NCBI GenBank assembly: GCA_002269645.1
Contig: NIVC01001623.1
Location: 62,001-126,000, forward strand
DNA from: Macrostomum lignano
Lineage: Eukaryota
Direction: 5' to 3'
Length of the DNA: 64,000 bases
Numbering within the stretch: the first letter of the stretch is position 1; each line of letters starts with the position of its first letter. A program made the translations under genes and the position numbers. Positions 51,001 through 62,447 of the stretch are shown piece by piece. The notes beneath the pieces were generated by a model that was not told where the DNA came from, ran no database searches, and saw only the letters and a program-made list of their open reading frames with translations.

Positions 51001-54000
51001 CTCTTTCTGCCGCCTCCTGAATTGGCAAAACAGTTTTTATTCGGACTCAATTCTTTTAAGTTATGCACCTAAATTATCGAAGCATCATTCCTTAGGCACT
51101 ACTTACTAAGTAAGTAAAATAACATTTTCCTCAACTTCCCCAGGTGCCGAGTGGCCGTGCACGCATTTTGCTACGGCTGCCCGGAGGACACGCCAGCGGC
51201 CGGCTGGCTCTGCGACCGCTGCTGTTCCGACACCGCCGCTGGGGTGGACAAGGCGGCGGCTGCCGCTGCCCAGTGCCGTCTGTGCCGACACCGCGGCGGC
51301 GCCCTCAAGCCTGCGCTGCTGGCCGACGCCCCGGCATCTACTGGCGCCGTCATGTGGGCGCACGTTGCCTGCGCGTTGGCCGTCCGCGGCGCCACTTTCG
51401 GCGACCTCGGCCGCCGGTCGCCCATCCTGCTGCCGCGGAAATTGACTGGAGAGGGCAAAGCCGCCAAGTTGTAAGCAGACAGTGTGAAATTGGCTGGAGA
51501 GGGCAAAGCCGCCAAGTTGTAAGCAGACAGTGTGAAATTGGCTGAGGATGGGTGCGGGGCTGGGATTAGAGAGCAAGGAGAATCAGGGAGACGACAGCAG
51601 GGGGCGTCAGGAGGCAGCAGGTAAAGTCAGGGGACAGCAGGGAGAGTCAGGAGGTGACAGGGAGAGTCTGGAGGCAGTAGGGAGAGTCGGGGGACAGCAG
51701 GGAGAGTCAGGAGGCGGCAAGGAGAGTCAGGAGGTGGCAGAGAGAGTCGTCGGGTGACAGGGAGAGTCAGGTGGTGACAGGGAGAGTCAGGTGGTGACAG
51801 GGAGTCAGTAGGCAGAAGAGAGAGTCAGGAGGCAGCAGGGAGAGTCAGGAGGCAATAGGGTGATTCGGGAGACATCAAGAAGAATCAGGAGGCAACAGGG
51901 AGAGTCAGGAGACAGCAGGGAGAGTCAGGAGACAGCAGGGAGAGTCAGGAGGCAGCAGGGAGAGTCAGGAGGCGGTAGGGAGAGTCAGGAGGCGGCAGGG
52001 AGAGTCAGGAGGCGGTAGGGAGAGTCAGGAGTCGGCAGGGAGAGTCAGGATACATCAGGGAGAGTCAGGATGCATCAGGGAGAGTCAGGAGGCGGCAGGG
52101 AGAGTCAGGATACATCAGAGAGAGTCAGGATGCATCAGGGAGAGTCAGGATACATCAGGGTGAGTCAGGATACATCAGGGTGAGTCAGGAGGCGGCAAGG
52201 AGAGTCAGCAGGGATCTGCAGTGCAGCCCTAAAGCCAACTGTCCCGACCGCAGGTGCTCGGTGTGCAACGGCAAGGCGGGGCCGCACCCGCTGTGCAAGT
52301 GCTCCTACAACTGCAGCACGCACTTCCACCCCAGCTGCGCCTACTACTCCGGCGCGCTGATCGAGGTGTACGACTGGCCCTGGCCCTCGTGGATCACCTG
52401 CCGGCGGCACCGGGGCTCCTTCGCCAGCTCGGAGTCGCAGCCGCCGGTGCAGATCAAGACCGGAGACCGGGTGGTGGCCAAGCACAAGAACGGCAGGTAC
52501 TACCCGGGCCAGGTTGTGCAGCGGGTCAGCGCGCAGCAGTTCTCCGTGGACTTTCAGGACGGCTCGTTCAGCGAGGACGTGCCTCGGTCCAGCTTCATCG
52601 ATGTCGCCGAGGACGCCGAGATGCCGAGCGTTGGCGACATGACTAAAGTGGTCTGGACTAACAATGAGGTTTGCATCTTCTATGCTCTGATTAATGGGAG
52701 CAGCCAGTTATTCTGGCTGCTCTCAACTTGTAACGCTACAGTGTTGAGTAAATTTTAAGTTTCCTCGCGATTCGCACCCATGGATGCCAGTGTGCAGTAG
52801 AAAGTCAGGCCCGCTGTACACCTTGGCTGAGCGGGTGCGTAGTCAGCAGAATGGGCATGACTTCTTAGCCGCTGTCATAGCTTGATCAGCGATGTTTGAG
52901 AAATTCGCAACATGGGGTCCATAGTCGCCACCTGTTGAGGGTCCAGAAGCTCTGCCTAGGCGAAGGGCTGAAGGCCAGCAGCCACCGAAGTCAGAGATGA
53001 CGCAAAAACAGCAGTAGTTGACGTTGCTGAATGCACGAGCGCCATTGTGCTCAGGCTGCAGCCTCCCCTGCCCCATCCCCAGGTGTACACCGTGCGCTTC
53101 ATGGGCAGCAGCATTGTGGACGAATTTCGGGTGCGCTTCGCCACCGGCGACGAATGCCAGCTGGAGCGGCGATTCGTCTACGCCGACGGCGAGGAGCTGC
53201 CTGCAAAAGTGCGCAACCGCCTGAGCCACTGCTCCGAGTCACGCAGCCTCGGCCACCTCGGCACCGGCCTGCTGGATGAGAGGAAACTTCGGCGACAGGT
53301 TCGCCGGCGAGGCAGCGTCAACGACGACCTGGATGAGGCTGGTAGCCATAGCAACAAAGAAGGCGCTAAGGCTGAAGCCGAGAATGGCAGTGACGAGGGC
53401 GCTGAGACAGTCGAAGATGCCACTGCATCAGCAGCCCCTGTTGAAAAAGAGCCGTCCGCTGCTTTGACAACTGAAACTGTTGTCAAGGACGCCGCTGCTA
53501 TCATGGACCATTGTGTTTTGAATATAACTCCCGCATCTAGGGCTGCCCATGCGGCTAAAATTGCCGTGGCTCAGGAAACTCCTGCAGCTGCGAAACCTGC
53601 CGCTGCTAAGGAAGCCTCTGTTGCTAAGGAAGTTTCCGCTGCTATGGACGCCCCTGTTGCTAAGGTCGCTTCCGTTGCTATGGAAGTTTTCGCTACTGTA
53701 GACACCCCTGTTGCTAAGGACGCTCCCGATGCTATGGATGCCCCCGTTACTAAGGAAGTTTCTTCTGTTATTGATGCCCCTGTTGATAACGTCGCCTCCA
53801 TTCCTATGGATCTCTCCGTTGCTACGGAAGATTTTGCTAAGGAATTGTCCGTTTCTGAAGAGACTGCAGTTGCCGCTGGAGATTCAGCTCCTGAAGAAGA
53901 AGAAGCTCTTGTTTCAAAAGAAGCACCTGTTGCCATGGAAACTGCTGTTGCTACGGAATCTCCTGTTTTGAACACCGCTATGAAGAGTGCACCAGTTAGG

Positions 54001-54855
54001 AGCTCTTCTAAGACATCCTGCTTGGACAGGCGCGCACAGAATCTTGCAGCGGAAGCTGTTAGCGGCAGCCCCTCGGTGTCTGAAGACGATGTGGTTACTA
54101 AGGACGCTTCAAAAGCTATGGAATTGGCCGAGTCCGAGATTGCCAAGCATCCGACAGCCAAGATTCCTATTGGTCCAGTTGCCATGGATGCTCCTGTTGT
54201 CATGGACACTGCCGTCACAAAGCACAGGCGCGCTCTTGAAGACGCCGCGGCAACCGCCAGACGCTACGCCAAAGCCAAAGAGACGGCCACCCCGGCAGCA
54301 ACCGGGGAGTCGCAGCAGTGGCCGGCCGAATCGCGACCTTTGCCGCCGCTGCGTCCTCCGTCGCCCCTGACCGCTCTAACAGCCAGAGAGCGCCGCCTGC
54401 GGCGTCGGCACGTTTCCCTGGAGACGGCGGCCGTCGGGGATTCCGCAGAAAAATCCGGCGATGGCGACTCAGCGGCGCCGTCCGAAGAGAAACGGCAGCG
54501 CCGATCCGACAGCTCGCGACCCGCTGAAGCCGCTGATCCGCAGTCCCGCCTCCCGAAGGCGCTGCCTCGGATGCCGCCAGTTGGAGGGGAGGTCGCGGAC
54601 TCGCTGGCCGAATTCCTGGCCGAGGATTTCTACCCGCCCATGCCGCCTCCGCCGCGCCAGTCGCGAACGGCGCTCCGGCGCCACAACCGGCGCTGCCGGC
54701 CCGACTTGAGCCGCGCTGGTGGCGACACCGCGCCGACAGCCGCCGCCGCGCCGGAATCGCCTGCCGTTGGCAGCTCTGCGGAGGCCGCCGATGCCGGCAG
54801 CTCCAGGCGCTGCTCGCAGCGACTACGCGGCGCCGGCAGCTCGCCAGCGCTTTGA
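48090..54855 (+). CDS. KDM4: Lysine-specific demethylase 4 (JMJD2) family, ~1378 aa: JmjN-JmjC-PHD/Zn-knuckle/PHD-double Tudor plus a long C-terminal extension; exons 48090-49066, 49657-50301, 51144-51470, 52254-52668, 53083-54855
   Basis: JmjN FRPTMEEF...GVCKIVPP; Jmj[26 protein letters not shown]...RHKTT...YHSGFN.GYNCAES; zinc site C..H..CCC; [12 protein letters not shown]; Tudor KHKNGRYY...[12 protein letters not shown] and [12 protein letters not shown]. All introns GT-AG with matching phases (2,2,2,0). Confidence 0.96.
49131..49492 (+). mobile_element. 362-bp SINE (tRNA-like head, poly-A tail, 15-bp TSD) in KDM4 intron 1
   Basis: ggggccgtagcccagcag (A-box-like), ggctcgattcc (B-box-like), aataaaaaaaaa tail; ttcattcgttggtaa at 49116-49130 and 49493-49507. 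Confidence 0.85.
50365..51015. repeat. Two related intronic arrays in KDM4 intron 2: 20-bp ctgactgcccctgctgtccc and 21-bp ctgactctctctgctgccttc
   Basis: Direct reading. Confidence 0.93.
51575..52215. repeat. 20-bp array cagggagagtcaggaggcgg in KDM4 intron 3; reverse complement of the intron 2 arrays
   Basis: The reverse complement ctgcctcctgactctccctg matches ctgccttcctgactctctctg. Confidence 0.93.
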
Positions 54856-55794
54856 GATTTCTGCTTTTAGGGGACAGAATCTGGGCTGCGGGACTACGGG
54901 GGTCTCGGATGAAATTGACTGTACATACTAATATTTGATTTTATTGTAGTTTATGAATTCCTTTTTAATACTGACTATTAGCACCGGCTCATAAAATGGA
55001 TAGGTTAATAACGCAATTAAAATGCTAACAATTGTATCAATTGTTTCATATTTAGTGCTAACAATTGCAGTAGCAAATATTCACGATTTTATGCTCTTTT
55101 CCATTCAGTGTTTTGCCTACTAATAGTGCACACATGTTGTTCCCTCTGATCTGTTTGTGCAGTTCAAGTGCACACCTGCTTGTGTCTGGCATGCCCGGCA
55201 CCCGCTTGCTGTTGTACATGTTGTTTTGCACCCCGTGGTTATTCCCTCCTGTTTTAGTTTTCTTGTGTTTGAAGCAAGTTCTGTCACTGCTTCAGCGTTT
55301 TATGCCCAGCCATTTCTCACATTTAATATTGCTCTTTGTTCCTGTCTTTGTCCTCATTTCCCTGCTTTGTACAAACTGTTTGCACTCTTATCTTTGGGTG
55401 TCTGCTGCTGCTGCTGCTGCTCACTGCTTGCAGCAATGCTTTTTGCGTTCTGAACTGCTCGCTGTGTCTCCTAAGTTCTGCTTCTAGCAGCTGACAGCCC
55501 CACTTGCTGCGGCTGAGCCTGTCTGACTCATTTTTATCCCAGACATTCTATTGTGTGTTGACCAGTGTGTGTGCAAGCCGCGTTGCCACCGGCAAATATA
55601 CATTGTCATCAGCATAGTCAATTGACGAAATCCTGACATCTCAAAGTCTTCGCAAACGCCTTCATTTTCTGCATGGGGAGATTGATTATAAACCTTGAAC
55701 CAAGGTTTTGAAATCCTCGTTCTTGACTTGAATAGTTTTGTGGTCATACTAAAAGCACAAACAGCTGCTACTGCAGTTGAGAATGAACTCAAGT

Positions 55795-57025
55795 CAAATG
55801 AGTGCCTACGACGCTAAAATGAGTGCCTGAAGCGCCAATAATGAGTGCCTGTGGCGCTAAAATGAGTGCCTTTGGCGCCAATAATGAGTGCCTGTGGCGC
55901 TAAAATGAGTGCCTGTGGCGCCAATAATGAGTGCCTGTGGCGCTAAAATGAGTGCCTGAAGCGCCAATAATGAGTGCCTGTGGCGCTAAAATGAGTGCCT
56001 GTGGCGCTAAAATGAGTGCCTGCGGCGCCAATAATGAGTGCCTGTGGCGCTAAAATGAGTGCCTGTGGCGCTAAAATGAGTGCCTGTGGCGCTAAAATGA
56101 GTGCCTGAAGCGCCAATAATGAGTTCCTGTGGCGCTAAAATGAGTGCCTGTGGCGCTAAAATGAGTGCCTGCGGCGCCAATAATGAGTGCCTGTGGCGCT
56201 AAAATGAGTGCCTGTGGCGCTAAAATGAGTGCCTGTGGCGCTAAAATGAGTGCCTGCGGCGCCAATAATGAGTGCCTGAAGCGCCAAAATGAGTGCCTGT
56301 GGCGCTAAAATGAGTGCCTGCGGCGCCAATAATGAGTGCCTGCGACGCTAAAATGAGTGCCTGAAGCGCCAAAATGAGTGCCTGCGGCGCAAAATGAGTG
56401 CCTGCGGCGCCAAAATGAGTGCCTGCGGCGCCAATAATGAGTGCCTGCGGCGCCAATAATGAGTGCCTGTGGCGCTAAAATGAGTGCCTGCGGAGCCAAA
56501 ATGAGTGCCTGCGGCGCAAAATGAGTACCTGCGGAGCCAAAATGAGTGCCTGCGGCGCTAAAATGAGTGCCTGAAGCGCCAAAATGAAAAGCGCCTGTCG
56601 CGCTAAAATGAGTGCCTGCGGCGCCAATAATGAGTGCCTGTGGCGCTAAAATGAGTACCTGCGGAGCCAAAATGAGTGCCTGCGGCGCTAAAATGAGTGC
56701 CTGAAGCGCCAAAATGAAAAGCGCCTGTCGCGCTAAAATGAGTGCCTGCGGCGCCAATAATGAGTGCCTGTGGCGCTAAAATGAGTGCCTGTGGAGCCAA
56801 AATGAGTGCCTGCGGCACCAAAATGAGTGCCTGTGGCGCCAATAATGAGTGCCTAAAGCGCCAAAATGAGTGCCTGCGGAGCCAATAATGAGTGCCTGTG
56901 GCGCTAAAATGAGTGCCTGCGGCGCTAAAATGAGTGCTTGCGGCGCCTAAATGAGTGCCTGCGGCGCTAAAATGAGTGCCTGCAGCGCCAATAATGAGTG
57001 CCTGCGGGGCCAAAATGAGCGCTGA
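55795..57025. repeat. 21/22-bp minisatellite (aaaatgagtgcctgtggcgct / aataatgagtgcctgcggcgcc), ~57 copies, followed by a MITE-like GC terminus at ~57075-57108
   Basis: Direct reading; terminus cccccccaccataaaatccatggcgacgcccctg. Confidence 0.93.
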
Positions 57026-57939
57026 CAACACCGATTCTGCTAGTAATGTACATGTAGAATTCTTGGCTTTGTCCCCCCCCACCATAAAATCCATGGCGAC
57101 GCCCCTGTGCACAGCTGCGTGGAACCAAGTTACCCATTAATGAGTTTACTCAGGAACTCGTGAGACAACTCTTGCTCACGAGATTGCCCTGCAGTGGAGC
57201 ATTGGTTGGACTCAGTGTGCGGCATAAGGCCCGAACTTGTCAAAGTAATTTCTAGCACTGGTCCAGCCGAGCCACTGGACCAGTTCGTTGGCTGGGTGAA
57301 CTGAAGCGCCAATAACGATGAAAACTACCGCGATTCCGAGTTTATTTTTTACGATGACGTACTGAATGCGATTGAGTGACAGGTTCTGCGGGAACCACCG
57401 CGGCCACCTGCAGCAGCGCAAGTGTTCAAAGCTTGAAAGACTCTTTGCCTACTTTGCCTCAGTCCAAGGTTGCCACGTCCCCGGGTCATACATTTTAAAC
57501 AGTAAAGTTGGTGCATTGCTACTAAGAGTAGATGACGAGCGAGTTGTTGGCTAAATCTTCCGAGAAAAACAACACTTTGACCCGGAAATTCTGCGTCTGC
57601 TCGCACTGCTGCTCAGAGTTGCTCTTCCTCCAGTCTCTGACTGAGCTGTTTTGAGTTGGCAGTAGCCGCAGACCCCCAGTACGATTTCTGGGAATCGCGG
57701 GCCTCCAGGCATTTCTGCGCCAAATACTCTACGTGCTGTTTTTGTTGGCGTAGGAATTTCTGGCTTCGCTAAGCGCAAACATTTGCTGCACTTTGCCGAG
57801 AAATATTTATTGATCAAGGGATTAGGCTAATCCGATAAGCTCGCATGCTTGGCATGGAGAAATTCAATTCTTGTATTTATTTCGCGCTCTGTCAAGCCAC
57901 ATTTTGTGCCCGTGACAGCGTTGTACGGTTTCTGTTGGT

Positions 57940-58825
57940 GACAGGTTGAGTCTGACAGTTCCTGTTGGTGACAGGTTGTGTCTGACAGTTCCTGTCGGTG
58001 ACAGGTTGAATCTGACAGTTCCTGTTGGTGACAGGTTGAGTCTGACAGTTCCTGTTGGTGACAGGTTGTGTCTGACAGTTCCTGTCGGTGACAGGTTGAG
58101 TCTGACAGTTCCTGTTGGTGACAGGTTGAGTCTGACAGTTCCTGTTGGTGACAGGTTGAATCTGACAGTTCCTGTTGGTGAGAGGTTGTGTCTGACAGTT
58201 CCTGTTGGTGACAGGTTGTCTGACAGTTCCTGTTGATGAGAGGTTGTGTCTGACAGTTCCTGTTGGTGAGAGGTTGTGTCTGACAGTTCCTGTCGGTGAC
58301 AGGTTGAGTCTGACAGTTCCTGTTGGTGACAGGTTGAATCTGACAGTTCCTGTTGGTGAGAGGTTGTGTCTGACAGTTCCTGTTGGTGACAGGTTGTCTG
58401 ACAGTTCCTGTTGATGAGAGGTTGTGTCTGACAGTTCCTGTTGGTGACAGGTTGTGTCTGACAGTTCCTGTTGGTGACAGGTTGTGTCTGACAGTTCCTG
58501 TTGGTGACAGGTTGTCTGACAGTTCCTGTTGATGAGAGGTTGTGTCTGACAGTTCCTGTCGGTGACAGGTTGAATTTGACAGTCCTGTCGGTGACAGTTG
58601 ATGTAGAAGACAGTTCCTGTTGATGAGAGGTTGTGTCTGACAGTTCCTGTTGGTGACAGATTGTCTTACAGTTCCTGTCGGTGACAGGTTGAGTCTGACA
58701 GTTCCTGTTGGTGACAGGTTGTGTCTGACAGTTCCTGTTGGTGACAGGTTGTGTCTGACAGTTCCTGTCGGTGACAGGTTGAATTTGACAGTCCTGTCGG
58801 TGACAGTTGATGTAGAAGACAGTTC
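57940..58825. repeat. 30-bp minisatellite (gacagttcctgttggtgacaggttgtgtct), ~30 copies
   Basis: Direct reading. Confidence 0.95.
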
Positions 58826-59390
58826 ACCCAATACGGTATGAAGTCGGACCGAAGTTGCTACCTCGAAGGCAGCTTACCAGTCCTGGTGCACCAGAGTTTG
58901 TACTTTTCTGCTGCACGTCGGGCCTCCTGCGCGCAAATTCGTGTTTGGGTATTTTAAAAGCATCGATCAGACTCGCTTATGAATTCATTCGCTTTCATCT
59001 CTCACGAACTTCTTAATCCGCAGCTCTTCGGCTCGATTCGTTCGGCGCGTTTGAACCTCGAATCGGCTGATCCGAAATAGGGGGGGGGGCGTCGAATTTT
59101 CGCCGCAGGCAAAAAAATTTCTCCCGCTTTCCTCGCCGCCGCCCGCCCGCCGTCCCTGCGCATTTTTCTCCCTTTCGGTGCAAAGTTCAGCCCTGGCCAG
59201 CAGTTCGGTCGTAAACTCCAGGGGTCGCCGCTGTGTACGCGCCGGAGCGCATGGAAAGTTGAAGGCGCCTCTTTCTCTGCCCCGTTTGCCCCTTCCCGCT
59301 TTCTTCCCCTGATTGCCCTCCGAGCCCAGTTTCTGATAAAAGCGCGCGCCTACGCATCGGCAGAGGGCGAATTGCCTCCGCAAAGCAGAA

Positions 59391-62300
59391 ATGTCGCAGC
59401 AGCAGCAGCGAGTCAGCCTGAGCCGGCCGGACACCTCGCAGCCGTGGGGCTTCCGGCTGCACGGCGGCGCCGAGTTCCAGGCCCCGCTGACCATCGAGAG
59501 CGTCGCCGCCGGCTCGGTGGCAGAGCGGTGCGGCCTCCGCGCGGGCGACCTGGTGCTCGCCATCAACGGCGCGCCAGCTGGGGCCATGCAGCACGAGGCC
59601 GCCAAGATGGAGATCATCCGCTCCGGCAACAGCGTCGAATTCTTTGTGCAGCGAGGCGGAGCCGATGGAGCGGCTGGCGTTGCCACCGCGACTTGGCGGC
59701 CGGCGGTGCAGCAGGTGGCGCCTCCGCCTCAGCAGCAGCAGCACCGAAGCCAAGCTGCAATGGCGGCTGCCGCAGGCGCAACCTACAACAGTGTACCGAG
59801 GGTAAATGCAGCTTATGAGGAGAGGGGCAGGGAAGCAGCCAGGAGGTGAAGGCAGGACTTGGCCTTGGCAAGGGTGCTGGCGCCCCTTGGTGCTGGCGCC
59901 CCTTGGTGCTGGCGCCCTTTGGTGCTGGCGCCCCTTGGTGCTGGCGCCCCTTGGTGCTGGCGCCCCTTGGTGCTGGCGCCCTTTGGTGCTGGCGCCCCTT
60001 GGTGCTGGCGCCCCTTGGTGCTGGCGCCCCTTGGTGCTGGCGCCCTTTGGTGCTGGCGCCCCTTGGTGCTGGCGCCCCTTGGTGCTGGCGCCCTTTGGTG
60101 CTGGCGCCCCTTGGTGCTGGCGCCCTTTGGTGCTGGCGCCCCTTGGTGCTGGCGCCCTTTGGTGCTGGCGCCCCTTGGTGCTGGCGCCCCTTGGTGCTGG
60201 CGCCCTTTGGTGCTGGCGCCCCTTGGTAAGCAAGAACCCGAGCCCCAGACCTCGCGAGACTTAGTCAAGGGCCATCGCAGTGCAAGGCCGCAAGTGGCAG
60301 GGCGAATCTTCAGTTCTTCTCCCGCAGCTCCAGCTGAGTGGCATTTCCGCTGCTCCTGACATTTCGCGCATTGTCTGCCAGTCCGCGCACTTCTGTCCGG
60401 GCAGAGGGGAAGGCGGTCGTGGCCAATTCGAACCGCACAGCCCCCCCTTCCCCCCGGGGATTTGACGGGCGCATCTTCAATTAGAAATCTGAATGGAAGT
60501 CCCGCCCGCCCAGCAACTGGCAAAGTGCGGCTGCAGACTCTGCAAAATGAAGCTCAGCACCGCGCCTTGCAGATCGCTTTCGCATCTTCCAAGCCCTGCT
60601 TCTCGGGGAAGGCCGGGGTTGATGAAGCGCGTGTGACATTAGCGCGCTCGGGCGTAAGCGTCAGCCATTTCGAGATTCCGATGGTTTTTATTGAATTGGC
60701 ATCCCGGCAGTGTAGCTGGGCAGCATTTAAACTAGATTATAAGTACACAGGAGAAATAAGTATGCATTATTTGTGCCAGTGAAGGAGCATGTCATTGAAA
60801 CGCGCACAAGTGAAGCGTACGGCCTTCGACACAGAGGAAGCTTAGAGCCGGAGATCGCAGCCCAAGGAGGGATTCGACCACCCGCGGAGATTTCCACGTC
60901 TTTTCAATCTGTGGTTCCGCTTTGCCATGATGAACGAATCGAAACCAAATCTTAACATCAAGGACCATTTTGAAACACTGGGACACAGCATTTAAGATTG
61001 TTATCTTCCAAAATTTCAGCACCCCAGAATCCCGAAATCCCAGATTTCCAAAATCCCAGATTCCCAAAATTCCTAATTCCTGAAATCCCAGAATCCCGAA
61101 ATCCCAGAATCCCAAAATCCCAGATTACCAAAATCCCAGATTTCCGAAATCCCAGAATCCCAAAATTCCAAATTCCTGAAATCCCAGAATCCCGAAATCC
61201 CAGAATCCCAAAATCCCAGATTACCAAAATCCCAGATTTCCTAAATCCCAGAATCCCAAAATCCCAGAATCCCGAAATCCCAGAATCCCGAAATCCCAGA
61301 ATCCCGAAATCCCAGAATCCCGAAATCCCAGAATCCCGAAATCCCAAAATCCCGAAATCCCAGATTCCCAAAATCCAAGATTCCCAAAATCCAAGATTCC
61401 TGAAATCCCAGAATCCCGAAATCCCAGAATCTCGAAATCCCAGGCTCTCGAAATCCCAGCTTCCCGAAATCCCAGACTCCCGAAATCCCAGAATCCCGAA
61501 ATCCCAGACTTTCGAAATCCCAGACTCCCGAAATCCCAGATTCCTGAAATCCCAGGCTCTCGAAATCCCAGAATCCCGAAATCCCAGATTCCTGAAATCC
61601 CAGGCTCTCGAAATCCCAGAATCCCGAAATCCCAGAATCCCGAAATCCCAGAATCCCGAAATCTCAGAATCCCGAAATCCCAGAATCCCAAAATCCCAGA
61701 TTTCCAAAATCCCAAACTCCCAAAATCCCAAATTCTTGAAATCCCAGAATCCTGAAATTCCAAAATTCCATAAACCCAAAATCTCGAAATCCCAGGATCC
61801 TGAAGACCCAGAATCCCAGAATATTTGAAAGCTCAGACTGTACCACCTCCCTCCATCTGCAGGCGAGCGGCTCCCCCCAGCCGGCGGGCCCGTCTTCTCC
61901 CGGGTACGCCGCAGGCGGCGGCGGGTTCAACAACAGCCCGCGGCCCTTCAACATCGGCCGCACGGTGACCACCACGCCGGGCGGGCGCACCAAGCAGGTG
62001 TTCCACAACAACTACAACTCGCCCTCCGGCCTGTACGCCAGCGGCTTCGTGCAGGCGACCTTCGACAGCACCCTGCGTGCGGCCAGTCAGGACGCTGACG
62101 GTGGCGGTCATCGGCTGGCGGCATCGGCTTCGTCGGGGGCTTCGGCTGCATCGGCGGACGGTTCGGCGCACCAGCTGGTGGTGGCGGACCCGGCGACTCC
62201 GCGGCCCAACCTGGCCGGCGCTTCCATGTACTGCGGCGCCTGCGGCGACATGATCAAAGGCGTCTTCGTGCGGGTGCAGGGCAGCGTGCCGATGCACCCG

Positions 62301-62447
62301 GAGTGCCTGAAGTGCGCAAAGTGCGGCGTCGGGCTGCGGCACTGCGGCTACTTCTACATCGAGGGCAAGCTGTACTGCGAGACCCACGCTAAGCAGGTGG
62401 CCGCGCCGCCAGAGCCCGGGCTCAAGCCGGTGCCCGTGTACAAGTGA
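59391..62447 (+). CDS. PDLIM3-like: PDZ-LIM protein of the ALP/Zasp type (PDZ, ZM motif, single C-terminal LIM), ~331 aa; exons 59391-59801 and 61863-62447
   Basis: PDZ PWGFRLHGG...GLRAGDLVLAING; ZM-like VFHNNYNSPSGLYA; LIM CGAC...HPECLKCAKC...YCETH; phase-0 GT-AG intron. Confidence 0.92.
59870..60225. repeat. 16-bp intronic minisatellite (ggtgctggcgcccctt), ~22 copies
   Basis: Direct reading. Confidence 0.96.
61020..61825. repeat. Degenerate 8/16-bp intronic repeat (gaaatccc/agaatccc)
   Basis: Direct reading; source of the NPRIPKSQ and GILGFRDS pseudo-ORFs. Confidence 0.93.

Noticed and set aside
57551-57930. GLTEREINTRIE (GIY-YIG-like) and a CxxC..CxxC pattern on the minus strand
   Set aside because: Interrupted by a stop, lacks the upstream tyrosine motifs, and has no neighbouring RT; similarity too weak.
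31369-59686. Antisense or alternate-frame ORFs over GC-rich exons (31369-32151, 48212-49100, 53571-54218, 58985-59686, and those over 16699-17658 and 26160-27822)
   Set aside because: Shadow ORFs caused by high GC3 of the real genes.
1200-61825. CRISPR-like arrays
   Set aside because: All arrays are head-to-tail with no unique spacers, the context is eukaryotic, and there are no cas genes.
7742-61828. Long periodic ORFs over repeats (7742-8667, 15224-16214, 23677-24143, 28385-29475, 39880-40752, 50337-51109, 56241-57112, 57827-58831, 59187-60523, 60958-61828)
   Set aside because: They are open only because the repeat unit lacks stops; they are often open in several frames and lack start or splice context. 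LAEYQPALKSH (28495-29223) looks protein-like but has no supporting exon structure.
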